The translations under genes were made by a program, and so were the position numbers. Of a stretch of DNA of 64,000 nt, positions 7,688 through 17,109 are shown piece after piece. The stretch is from an uncultured Gammaproteobacteria bacterium. Lineage in GTDB: Bacteria; Pseudomonadota; Gammaproteobacteria; SZUA-140. The stretch covers positions 14,402-78,401 of the forward strand of contig CALZHD010000012.1 of the NCBI GenBank assembly GCA_945787155.1, in the 5' to 3' direction. Position 1 is the first letter of the stretch. Every line of letters begins with the position of its first letter. Under the pieces are notes generated by a model. The model ran no database searches. It was not told the DNA's origin and saw only the letters and a list, made by a program, of their open reading frames with translations.

Positions 7688-10546
7688 CTATCTTGACCTG
7701 AATTCAATTAACTTAAATTGCTCGGAAGACATGTCAATGGCCTTACTGTCCTCAAGCATGCGTTCAATTTCATCTGCGGGAACAGGCTTGCTAAAGTAGA
7801 ATCCCTGCATCGACTGACAGCCGATACTTTTCAGAAAGCACAATTGTTCTTCGTTCTCGACCCCTTCGGCAATGACATCCAATCCGAGAGAGCGCCCCAT
7901 CTCCACCACAGCACGGGTAATGGCCATATCATCATTATCGTTAGGAATATCCATGACAAATGAGCGGTCAATCTTGAGGGCATCCAGTGCAAATTTCTTC
8001 AGATAACTAAGTGATGAATAGCCCGTACCAAAATCATCCAGCGAAAGAAATACCCCTATCAGCTTGAGACTTTCGAGTGTCTCCACCGCCTGATCTACCT
8101 GGTCCATCAAGATGCCCTCAGTCAGCTCCAGGTCAAGCAATTCAGCTGGCAGGCCTGTCTCAGTCAACACCTTGCTTACCAGCTTGGGCAAGTTGACATG
8201 CTTGAACTGACGCGCGGCGATATTAACCGAAACCTTGAGGGACCACCCTGCCTGGTGCCATAGCACCGCCTGGCGACAGGCCTGGTACAACACCTGCTCA
8301 CCCATCGGCACGATGAGACCGGTCTCTTCGGCAATGGGCAGAAACTTGAAGGGCGCAATCAACCCTTCCTCAGGATGCATCCAGCGAATCAGCGCTTCAA
8401 CCCCAATGATCTCACCCGACTGCAACGAGACCTGGGGTTGATAATACAAAATGAATTCATTGCGCTCCAGTCCCCGCCGAATGGAAGCCTCCATTTGAAG
8501 CGACTCGACTGCTTTTTCGTTCATGTCAGAAGAATAGAATTTGAAGTTGTTACGGCCATCCTCTTTGGCACGGTACATCGCGGTATCGGCATTCTTCAAC
8601 AGTGCATGGGGATCCTTGCCATCATGCGGGTACAGGCTGATGCCGACGCTGGAAGTCGCAACAAACTCCTCTCCAGCAAGATTGAACGGTGTTGACAGAC
8701 CTTCGATGATCTTCTTCGCCACTTGTGCTACATCCGATTTTTTACCCACATCACCGAGCATAATGACAAACTCATCCCCCCCCAGCCGTGCGATGGTATC
8801 CCCATCGCGTACACAATTGCCAAGTCGCTCCGCGACCCCCTTCAACAGCAAATCACCGACATCATGCCCAAGCGTGTCATTAATCATTTTAAAGCGATCA
8901 AGATCAAGAAAAAACACTGCCAGTAGACGGTCATTCCATGGCAATCGAGTCATCGCCTGACTCAGGCGATCGAGAAATAACATGCGATTAGGCAAGCCAG
9001 TAAGTGCATCATGGTTGGCAAGGTGATTCAGGTGCTCTTCAGCCCGTTTTCGTTCAGTAATATCCTTGGCGACAAAGACAGTTCCCCTCTTTTTTCCGTG
9101 GCTATCAAGCATCTCTGCACCTGAAATAACCACCGGAATCTTGCGCTTCTCCCTGGTCAACAAGGTGGTTTCAATATTGCTAATCACACCCTGCTTCGTC
9201 ATATCCGTGACCAATAACGCCTTGAAAAGCGCCTCTTCTTCAGCAATCAGATTATCGATGGACATACCGATTAATTCCTGCTCACTATACCCAAGCTGCC
9301 TGATGGTGGCTTCATTCACCTTGACGATGCTGGCATCTGGACTAACAACCATCAGACTATCCGCCATGGAACCAATAATATCCTCTACCTCGTGACGCGC
9401 ATCAAGCAGGGCCACCTGACTGCCATCCAGCTGATCTAGCATCTGATTAAAAGAATAGGCAAGCTCTCCCAACTCGTCCGATGATTGCCAGTGCACCCGC
9501 TCAGAGAGTTTACCCTGCTCTGAAATTTTACTGGTTACCTGAGTAAGCAGCCTGATTGGCTGGGCAAGATTACGGGCAAATAAATAGGCAACAATAAGCC
9601 CGATCAAGAGCACCACCACCCCAATCAGGATCATGGCCTGAGTCAAGCTATTAACAGGGCCGAAATAGGCATCGGCCGGAATTGCCACGAAGACACTCCA
9701 ACCAAGCTGCGGCACCATGGCGCGGGTAACAACGTTATCGCTACCGAGTAATTGATAACGCCCCAGTACGATGTCAGTAGATGACACCGCCCCCATTAGC
9801 ACCATATCGGTGTCAGTGGCATTGATTGACTGACCGAGCCAGCGGGTATCTGGGGCATGCAAGATATCCCCCTGCTCGTCGACAAGCACTATATAGCCAT
9901 TTCCACTCAACTCAATATCCTGGACGACCTGATCAAAACGACTCAAGGGAACGGTGGTCTCGATAAAACCAAGAAACTGATCAAAATAATCGATATAACG
10001 ATAACTCAGCTTTAAAACAGGCTCTCCAAGAACAGAGGAGTGGGCCGGCGAGGAGATAACAACCTGATTCGGCATGCGCTCGGCCTCGGCATAGTTGCGT
10101 GATTGACCGATATCGTGCAAATCACTGACCAGATTTCCATGGCGAAGTTTGACCTCCTCCTCACCCAGTGCATTCGCGTAAGTAATTTCGGGAAACACAT
10201 CCATGTAATTAGCGAAGTCCTGCGCCAGGACCAGCTCACTGAACGACTGGTAATATTTAGCGACAGCCTCGCTTTTCGCAAGGCGCTCAACCACATTTTT
10301 CAGGCCCACAATATCGCTACTCACCAGACTGGTCACAGCCGCCGCCGTGGCCTGAATTTCTCTCTCCTGCACAATCCTGAAATGGGACTCCATCACCCAA
10401 TAACTGGCGACACTGATGATCGCCGTCACCATCACCACAATCACCGTCTGCATCATCACCAGGCGCAGAGTGATGGAGGATTTGCGGCGAAATGCAGCAG
10501 GCATCTTTTGCGGCGATTCCACAGAAGGGGCTTTCACATCAGCCAT
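7688..10546 (-). CDS. Membrane sensor diguanylate cyclase/phosphodiesterase (Cache-HAMP-PAS-GGDEF-EAL)
   Basis: Two TM segments, HAMP DELGELAYSFNQM, PAS ending KDITERK, RDGD-x5-GGDEF (I-site present), EALIRW, DDFGTGYSSL. Confidence 0.93.
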   Translation of the reverse strand: MADVKAPSVESPQKMPAAFRRKSSITLRLVMMQTVIVVMVTAIISVASYWVMESHFRIVQEREIQATAAAVTSLVSSDIVGLKNVVERLAKSEAVAKYYQSFSELVLAQDFANYMDVFPEITYANALGEEEVKLRHGNLVSDLHDIGQSRNYAEAERMPNQVVISSPAHSSVLGEPVLKLSYRYIDYFDQFLGFIETTVPLSRFDQVVQDIELSGNGYIVLVDEQGDILHAPDTRWLGQSINATDTDMVLMGAVSSTDIVLGRYQLLGSDNVVTRAMVPQLGWSVFVAIPADAYFGPVNSLTQAMILIGVVVLLIGLIVAYLFARNLAQPIRLLTQVTSKISEQGKLSERVHWQSSDELGELAYSFNQMLDQLDGSQVALLDARHEVEDIIGSMADSLMVVSPDASIVKVNEATIRQLGYSEQELIGMSIDNLIAEEEALFKALLVTDMTKQGVISNIETTLLTREKRKIPVVISGAEMLDSHGKKRGTVFVAKDITERKRAEEHLNHLANHDALTGLPNRMLFLDRLSQAMTRLPWNDRLLAVFFLDLDRFKMINDTLGHDVGDLLLKGVAERLGNCVRDGDTIARLGGDEFVIMLGDVGKKSDVAQVAKKIIEGLSTPFNLAGEEFVATSSVGISLYPHDGKDPHALLKNADTAMYRAKEDGRNNFKFYSSDMNEKAVESLQMEASIRRGLERNEFILYYQPQVSLQSGEIIGVEALIRWMHPEEGLIAPFKFLPIAEETGLIVPMGEQVLYQACRQAVLWHQAGWSLKVSVNIAARQFKHVNLPKLVSKVLTETGLPAELLDLELTEGILMDQVDQAVETLESLKLIGVFLSLDDFGTGYSSLSYLKKFALDALKIDRSFVMDIPNDNDDMAITRAVVEMGRSLGLDVIAEGVENEEQLCFLKSIGCQSMQGFYFSKPVPADEIERMLEDSKAIDMSSEQFKLIEFRSR

Positions 10547-11339
10547 CCCGGTCTTCTACCGGTACTACACCGAAGTCCCTGATGATTTTTTTTGCCGGTT
10601 CCGAGCCAACAAAATCGATAAAATCCTTTGCTGGCCCTGTGGCTTCACCCTTGCTGATGAGATAGAACCCAGTAACATAAGGATAGCGCCCTGCAGTAAT
10701 ATTTTCTGCGCTGGCCTGAATACCATCCACCGTCAGCGCTTTCATACCAGTGCGAACCACCTCCGACATAGGCAGATAACCGAAGGTATATTGATGCTGG
10801 TTCAGGGCTGCCACCGCATCAGGAGTCGAAAAAAACCTCTTGGCCTTTGACTCCAGGCCCGCAAACCCCGGCAACTTCTTTTCCAGCACGCTGCGGGAAG
10901 AGTCACCCTTCTCCCGATCCACTGCATACAAGCGGTGGCGCGGGCCATTAAGCTGATTCCAGTTACTAATCCGCCCGGCATAGATATCCACCACCTGGGT
11001 GGACATTATATTGGTCACCCCCTCGGCGCTGGGATGAGCAACGAATACTATAGGTGCGATGGCAAAATGATATTCTACCAATCCCTTCGCTTCTGTTGGT
11101 TTGACCCGGCGAGCCGAGCGCCCCAGCCTCACCCGCCCTGCGGCAACAGCCTTGATCCCCCCCTTTGAACCAATACTGTCGGGAACCTCCACCGTTACAC
11201 CTGAATGCTCTTTTTCAAACGCCGTCGCCAGCAAACGCAACAGATTCTGGTTATCACCAGTGCCGGCAATAACAAGCGTTTCGGCACTCACACCGCTCAT
11301 GCTGAGTGATAACAAACATAATAAAGATAAAATACGCAT
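10539..11339 (-). CDS. PstS-like periplasmic substrate-binding protein, overlapping the sensor gene by 8 nt
   Basis: Signal peptide, IAGTG, SIGSKGGIKAV, DREKGDSSR, GKYP-like GRYPYV. Confidence 0.8.
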   Translation of the reverse strand: MRILSLLCLLSLSMSGVSAETLVIAGTGDNQNLLRLLATAFEKEHSGVTVEVPDSIGSKGGIKAVAAGRVRLGRSARRVKPTEAKGLVEYHFAIAPIVFVAHPSAEGVTNIMSTQVVDIYAGRISNWNQLNGPRHRLYAVDREKGDSSRSVLEKKLPGFAGLESKAKRFFSTPDAVAALNQHQYTFGYLPMSEVVRTGMKALTVDGIQASAENITAGRYPYVTGFYLISKGEATGPAKDFIDFVGSEPAKKIIRDFGVVPVEDRDG

Positions 11340-11622
11340 GACTTCTCCCTGTCAAATTGATCACTTATTAAAAATGTATCGACCGACTAAAGATAAAATA
11401 AATAAATTAAAAGCAGCATAGAGCCAAGACCGTAAAAATATCGGCGGGCAAAAATAGTCGTTTCCCGAGTTGCGCCGTTGGCGCCAGAATTACACTATCG
11501 AGGCGATTCACATTGCCGCCCGGCTTAACGTGCCATCTGTCAGCATCACTTCAAGAGAATCGATTCACAATGTGAGGGCGGATCAACGTTTGAATACTTG
11601 TTGAAAGTCTCAAACCGATGCG

Positions 11623-11961
11623 ATGGCTGTCATAGAGAAGATCGGCTCACCTCAACTGGGTGTCAACTTCGACATCGGTCACTCTCTTTTAAATCATGGA
11701 CCACCTGCTGAGACAGTGCAGATGCTAGCAGGACACATCTGGAATGTGCACGTGGTAGACATCAAGGACAACACTCACTTTCATCTTGTACCAGGCAAAG
11801 GTGATTTGCCATTTAATGAATATCTGGATGCGCTGAAAGCCAGCGGCTACCCAGACTTTTTGACACTGGAACTCTACTCCTATCCTGAAAAGCCCATAGA
11901 AGTGGGAGTACAAGGACTGGCTTATCTTTCTAATGTATTAGACGCCTTACATGAGGATTAG
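11623..11961 (+). pseudogene. C-terminal fragment of a sugar-phosphate isomerase/epimerase (AP endonuclease 2 TIM barrel)
   Basis: LGVNFDIGHS, IWNVHVVDIK, HFHLVPGKGDLPF, LTLELYSY. The N-terminal half is missing and there is an in-frame stop at 11602. Confidence 0.75.
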
Positions 11962-12187
11962 CACAGAGGCATGCTAAACACTTAAGGCTCGTCACTGTAA
12001 ATAAATACGTTTAATGGTGTGCGCGATAAACAAACGAAGAAACCGGAAGTCAATAATAGCCGTATTGGATAGCCCATGAAGCCGCCCATACTGCACTCAG
12101 CCCCCTAAAGCTTGTGGGTAATTGGACGATAATGTCTTCAATACGCACTGCCAGCCTGCGCAGAGCAAGATCTAGCGAGTCGTAAAT

Positions 12188-12868
12188 ATGGATACATTAC
12201 AAGCTCCAAAGATTGGCGAAATTCTAATCAAGGAAAACCTCACAGAAGCCTCCACAATTCAGAAGGCCCTTGACCAACAAAAATCAAGCGGCGCGATGCT
12301 CGGTGACATCCTGGTCAACGACAATATCATCTCCAAAAAGCAACTAAAAAAAGCGTTACAGATCCAGTTCAGGCACAAGCTTGCCATTGCAGTACTATCA
12401 TTCATCACCACAACGGTTATGCCAGCGTCACTTAAAGCAGGCGAATCAGCATCGCTGCTTATAACGGGTCGAGTAGCCCCAACCAGCTCAGTATCGATTA
12501 GTAGAAGCATCTCTTCAATGGCGGGTATGCCATCGAAAGACGGTATACCGAATCTTATGACCAGCATCACCGAACAGAATAATAATCAGGCAGGCTATTC
12601 CGTTCTTCTCGAAGCAAAAAGCATTGATGACAGCGGCCATCTTGAGCTTGTTAGCAAAGATGACAACAAACCCCTTCCCTATAAAATCACGTATGGCAAT
12701 AAGGATGTCTATTTTACAGAAGGTAAAGCATTGATTTCAGATGTCGCGGCATCTAAAGGTAATAAACAAGTCGAAACTAAAGAATTAAAGATTACACCTG
12801 AAATAATAGGGCATTTAGGTGATGATTACTTATCAGATACTCTAACACTGGTTATCGTTGCAAAATAA
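12188..12868 (+). CDS. Fimbrial subunit with N-terminal MshEN-like domain and internal signal peptide
   Basis: aa 8-60 form two 24-aa xLG-like motifs with a 5-aa linker. Then RHK-LAIAVLSFITTTVMPASLKA, then a domain aligning by eye with the neighbouring pilin (NNQAGYSV/NNKNGYTV, LPYKITY/LPYSMTY, SDTLTLVIVAK/ADTLTFTIAAK). Confidence 0.75.
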   Translation: MDTLQAPKIGEILIKENLTEASTIQKALDQQKSSGAMLGDILVNDNIISKKQLKKALQIQFRHKLAIAVLSFITTTVMPASLKAGESASLLITGRVAPTSSVSISRSISSMAGMPSKDGIPNLMTSITEQNNNQAGYSVLLEAKSIDDSGHLELVSKDDNKPLPYKITYGNKDVYFTEGKALISDVAASKGNKQVETKELKITPEIIGHLGDDYLSDTLTLVIVAK

Positions 12869-12999
12869 CTACCTACTCTAATTCTTTTCTAATTTTTTCG
12901 CGCAACTTACCGTTAATACAACTGAGAGCATGGAGCCAAACTGTCAGCTAGTTTTCGATTGACAGCATATCTATTTCAGATTCCCAAGGATTGACTTAT

Positions 13000-13020
13000 T
13001 ACACCTACTTTGTAGGTGTA
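13000..13020. promoter_or_regulatory. Perfect 9-bp inverted repeat upstream of the major pilin gene (operator candidate)
   Basis: TACACCTAC-TTT-GTAGGTGTA, just after TTGACT (12991-12996) and 47 nt before ATG 13068. Confidence 0.4.
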
Positions 13021-13067
13021 TTGTTTAATTTGCTATGTATTTATATTTTTAGAGGAAGATTAATGTT

Positions 13068-13577
13068 ATGAATAAAAAATCACTATCAAAAGCCTCTCTT
13101 AAACAAGCCCTCGTTGGATGTGGACTAACACTACTCACTGGTTCACTGGTGGCTGCACCAACAGGGAATGTGACGCCTGGCGGCAACATCCCTGGCATCC
13201 TTGACGTGACCTTGACTGATGATGCGGGCATTGCCGCACTGGACCTCACTATTAATGAGCCAAATAGATTGATCACGACGGTCAACGAAAGAACAAACAA
13301 CAAAAATGGTTATACCGTCACCTTGACCTCTTTGAATGGCATAACATCAGGCGTGTTCCTCGGTGCCGTGGATGCAGAGACGTTACCTTATTCGATGACC
13401 TATAACGGCGTTGCAGTCACTCTGGTCGCCGGCTCTGCAACAGTGACCGACGTTAATGCCAAGACCCTTGGCGCGGGTGTTGATAAGCCACTAAGAATTG
13501 CCTATGACGGAACATCGGTATTTCTAGCACCTGACGCTTATGCCGACACGCTCACTTTCACCATCGCCGCTAAATAG
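13068..13577 (+). CDS. Probable major fimbrial subunit of a chaperone-usher pilus
   Basis: Signal peptide, 169 aa, beta-rich, ends DAYADTLTFTIAAK, good RBS, directly upstream of chaperone and usher. Confidence 0.75.
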   Translation: MNKKSLSKASLKQALVGCGLTLLTGSLVAAPTGNVTPGGNIPGILDVTLTDDAGIAALDLTINEPNRLITTVNERTNNKNGYTVTLTSLNGITSGVFLGAVDAETLPYSMTYNGVAVTLVAGSATVTDVNAKTLGAGVDKPLRIAYDGTSVFLAPDAYADTLTFTIAAK

Positions 13578-13657
13578 CCGTATAACGTAACAGATGCAGA
13601 AGGCATTGCCCTGGCAATTTTCACAATTGCCAGGCCTGCTCAACAGAAGGAACCATC

Positions 13658-14419
13658 ATGACTCGCTCGATTGCGTTACGATTTTTTTTGGTTGCAATCA
13701 CTTTATGCATCAGCGCACCAACACATGCGTTCAAATTAATACCTATTAAGGCCGATTTTTCTCCTACTGGAAAAAATTCAACCCAGATCTTTAAACTGGA
13801 AAACGACAGCGATGTGTCGATTGCCATACAGGTATCCGCCTTAACCAGACAGGTAGATATCGATGGCAAAGAGAGCTATCAAAATGCTGATGATGATTTC
13901 ATCATTTTTCCACCCCAGATGGTGATCTCTCCTCACAAGACACAAACTGTTCGCGTGCAATGGGCAGGGGATGTTGCGCCGAGCCTTGAACTCCCATATC
14001 GACTTGTTGCAGAGCAGCTTCCAATTGCGCTTAATCGCGAAACAGCCAATGGCGCACATGTAAATATTCTCATGCGTTATCTCGGTGCGATATATATCGT
14101 CCCGGACAATGCAAAACATAGCATTGCTGTCAGTAGCATCCAAAAAGAACGACAGAAGGACGGGAGTAATGCACTGTTGCTAACGCTCGAAAACAGCGGA
14201 AGTTCCCACGCAATCCTGGGGAATCTTTCAATCCAGCTTCCCACAGGACGCGATATCAAAGGGGGCAGTGAAACAATTACATTGACGCCATCGGAACTTG
14301 ATGGAATGAACGGTGAAAATATTCTTGCCGGCCATCAACGACGCTTCTCCGTGCCTTGGCCGAATAAACTTAACGCAGTACCTGAAAAGATCGACCTGGA
14401 ATTTACACCATGGCGCTGA
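13658..14419 (+). CDS. Periplasmic fimbrial chaperone (PapD/CsuC-like)
   Basis: Signal peptide, IFKLEN, FIIFPPQMVISP, QTVRVQW, ELPYRLVAEQLP, LTLENSGSSH. Confidence 0.88.
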   Translation: MTRSIALRFFLVAITLCISAPTHAFKLIPIKADFSPTGKNSTQIFKLENDSDVSIAIQVSALTRQVDIDGKESYQNADDDFIIFPPQMVISPHKTQTVRVQWAGDVAPSLELPYRLVAEQLPIALNRETANGAHVNILMRYLGAIYIVPDNAKHSIAVSSIQKERQKDGSNALLLTLENSGSSHAILGNLSIQLPTGRDIKGGSETITLTPSELDGMNGENILAGHQRRFSVPWPNKLNAVPEKIDLEFTPWR

Positions 14420-14465
14420 TTCACTGGAGCCCTGATTCACTAGAGCTCTAATTCACTAGAGCACT
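14418..14465 (+). repeat. Three tandem 16-bp direct repeats between chaperone and usher
   Basis: GATTCACTGGAGCCCT / GATTCACTAGAGCTCT / AATTCACTAGAGCACT, contiguous with no spacers. Confidence 0.85.
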
Positions 14466-14579
14466 GGGCATTAGCAGAACATTTCATACACTTTGCCTCA
14501 TAAAATAACAATAAACAATGTTTTGGCAGACTTAAAAAATAGACTAATACAGCGTGAAGACGGGTACATTTTTCAAAAA

Positions 14580-17108
14580 ATGGGTTTTGAACAGAAAAGA
14601 ATCGAAAATCTGTTGCAATGGTTATGGATTGTAGTCCGTCAAATCACGTGCCTTGTTGTGCTTGCTAGCTCATTTAGTAGTCAGGTGTTCGCAGTAAACG
14701 ACGCACAACTGTTTGAAGAGGTTTTCGGCAAACAGCCGATCCAGAAAGATCAGCGCATATCCGTTCCGCTGATCGTTGAATCATCCCAACTGGGAAATAT
14801 CGATATCCTGATCAGCGGGCAATATGAAGTGCTTAAAATTGATACTCTCGGATTTTCTTCGAAGATCGGTCATCTGCTTCAGGAAGCGGTACTACAGAAG
14901 ATTATCGATTTATCAAACCAGTCTGATGATATCAATACGATCCCTCTACACGATTTTGGCATCGACCTATATTTCGATAATCAGGAACTCGAACTCCATG
15001 TAACCATTAGACCAGAAGCACGTAAAACCACGACAAATGCACTCTACAAACGCACTCCACCCTACCCGATATCGCAGGCCCTGGCAGTGAGTCCAGTCAG
15101 TGCTTACCTCAATATGCGCGTCGGTGTCGACTATTACCACAAATCCAATGGCCTATTCGATGGCCGTCAGCCGGCGATTGCTTCATTTGAACAGGCACTG
15201 CGTGTAAAAGACTGGGTGCTGGAAGCCGATACCCGCTACCTCGAAAAAAACAGTACTCAGTGGCAACGAGGTAATGTCAGGGTGGTTCATGATGATACTG
15301 AACGCATGTGGCGCTATGCACTCGGTGACCTCTCCTATCCTACTTCCGGTATACAGCAGTTCCAGCCAATGGCCGGCTTCACGCTCGCGCGGAATTTTTC
15401 ACTGCAGCCCTACCGCGTCACTACACCATCAGGCAATGCTGATCTATTTTTGAACAATGAATCGACAGTGGAGGTGCTGGTAAATAATAACGTTATCCGC
15501 GTACTCAGACTGCCAGCTGGATCGCATAACATCCAGGACTTTCCTTCCACCAGTGGCATTAACGATATACAACTAAGAATAACCGATAGCGTTGGTCGCA
15601 CCAAAACGGTTGAAGTCCCCTTTCTATTTGACAGCACCTTACTGACGCCCCGACTCAGCGAATATAGCTACAGCATAGGCGTGCCCTCAACAGTAGTGAA
15701 TGGCAAATATGTCTACGACGAAGACCTTCCAGGCGTTTCGCTATTTCATCGTAAAGGGATCACCCCCGAACTCACGCTGGGTGTTGGCCTGCAAGCTAAC
15801 GAGGATCAGAAAATGTTCAGCTTCGAGAGCATCTGGGCCACTCAGAACGGTACGTTTAGAGCCGACATCGGTAGCAGTCATATCCGCTCACTGGGAAGAG
15901 ATCATCGCACGCGCATGCAATACCGATACTTCGATGCAAGCCATCGCAACCAGTCGAATCATCAATGGACTTTTCAGCTTGATTATACGGGAAGGTATTA
16001 CGCAACCCTGGGTAACCTCACCCCGGACAATATTATCACCTATGATATGACCGGCAACTATAGTCGCCGTATTGGAAAAAATTCAGCAGGTGGCGTTGGC
16101 ACTAATTACCAGCTAATGCGAGGAGGACTCCCCAATGATCATAGCCTGGGACTATTCGTCCAACACTCGTTTAGTCGTGAACTGGGAAGCCGGATTAGCG
16201 TTGAGAAACAACGCAGGCGTGGTGACTACGATTACCGTGTTTTCTTAAGCCTAACCTGGACACCGCAACGAACATATCGCACCATCACCGCCACGCACGA
16301 CACACTGAACGACACTTCAAGAGTGAGCTGGGAGCAGATATCCCCCAACAAAGTTGGCGGAACAAACCTTTCACTGGGCGCTGTTAAAACGCCCGATGAG
16401 AGCACCCTGTCAGGAAGAGTCAGCCACGTCGGTTACCTCGCCGAAACAAGCCTGTCAAATAACATCGTCAATACCGACAACCCATCATCTGAAGGACATC
16501 AATTAAGCAGCCTCACGTTTGGGACCGCTCTGGTTTATGCACAAGGTGCTACATCACTGACACGGCCGGTAACAGACAGCTTTGCGATAGTCGTACCACA
16601 TGCCAACCTGGATAAAATGCAAGTGGGTGTTAACCCGTTAGGCGACCATTATGCCGCGCGCACCAATCTATTCGGCGCCGCAGTGGTACCCGATCTCACT
16701 TCCTATCTTGCACATAGCGTTAACATTGATGTGCCTAATCTTCCACTCGGTTATGATCTTGGTGATGAATCATTTGTGGTGTTACCCGCCTACAAGAGCG
16801 GCACCATTATTCATATCGGTACAGATGCCACTGTACTGCTTGGAGGCGTACTTAAACGCTCGGATGGCTCACCCATCGGCTTGCAGGCGGGTGAGCTTGT
16901 GGCGCTCGACAACCCAGAGTGGGAGCCAAAAATACTGTTTACCAATCGTAGTGGCATCTTCAGGGTCGAAGGACTGAGTCCCGGCCTCTACGAGCTGCGA
17001 ATGTTTAACGACCAGCGCCATAGCGTTAAATTCGAGGTCCCTGAGAAGAGTGCGGGCTATTACGATATAGGCGCCCTGATTTTACCCATCCAGGTTTCAC
17101 AAAAATAA
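14580..17108 (+). CDS. Outer-membrane fimbrial usher (CsuD-like)
   Basis: WQRGNVRVVHDD, ALGDL, MAGFTLARNFSLQPY, LPAGSHNIQDFP, PGVSLFHRKGIT, DSFAIV, FTNRSGIF. Start chosen at ATG 14580. Confidence 0.9.
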   Translation: MGFEQKRIENLLQWLWIVVRQITCLVVLASSFSSQVFAVNDAQLFEEVFGKQPIQKDQRISVPLIVESSQLGNIDILISGQYEVLKIDTLGFSSKIGHLLQEAVLQKIIDLSNQSDDINTIPLHDFGIDLYFDNQELELHVTIRPEARKTTTNALYKRTPPYPISQALAVSPVSAYLNMRVGVDYYHKSNGLFDGRQPAIASFEQALRVKDWVLEADTRYLEKNSTQWQRGNVRVVHDDTERMWRYALGDLSYPTSGIQQFQPMAGFTLARNFSLQPYRVTTPSGNADLFLNNESTVEVLVNNNVIRVLRLPAGSHNIQDFPSTSGINDIQLRITDSVGRTKTVEVPFLFDSTLLTPRLSEYSYSIGVPSTVVNGKYVYDEDLPGVSLFHRKGITPELTLGVGLQANEDQKMFSFESIWATQNGTFRADIGSSHIRSLGRDHRTRMQYRYFDASHRNQSNHQWTFQLDYTGRYYATLGNLTPDNIITYDMTGNYSRRIGKNSAGGVGTNYQLMRGGLPNDHSLGLFVQHSFSRELGSRISVEKQRRRGDYDYRVFLSLTWTPQRTYRTITATHDTLNDTSRVSWEQISPNKVGGTNLSLGAVKTPDESTLSGRVSHVGYLAETSLSNNIVNTDNPSSEGHQLSSLTFGTALVYAQGATSLTRPVTDSFAIVVPHANLDKMQVGVNPLGDHYAARTNLFGAAVVPDLTSYLAHSVNIDVPNLPLGYDLGDESFVVLPAYKSGTIIHIGTDATVLLGGVLKRSDGSPIGLQAGELVALDNPEWEPKILFTNRSGIFRVEGLSPGLYELRMFNDQRHSVKFEVPEKSAGYYDIGALILPIQVSQK

Positions 17109-17109
17109 C

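Noticed and set aside
14418-14465. CRISPR array
   Set aside because: Units are 16 bp, contiguous and without spacers; no cas genes are present.
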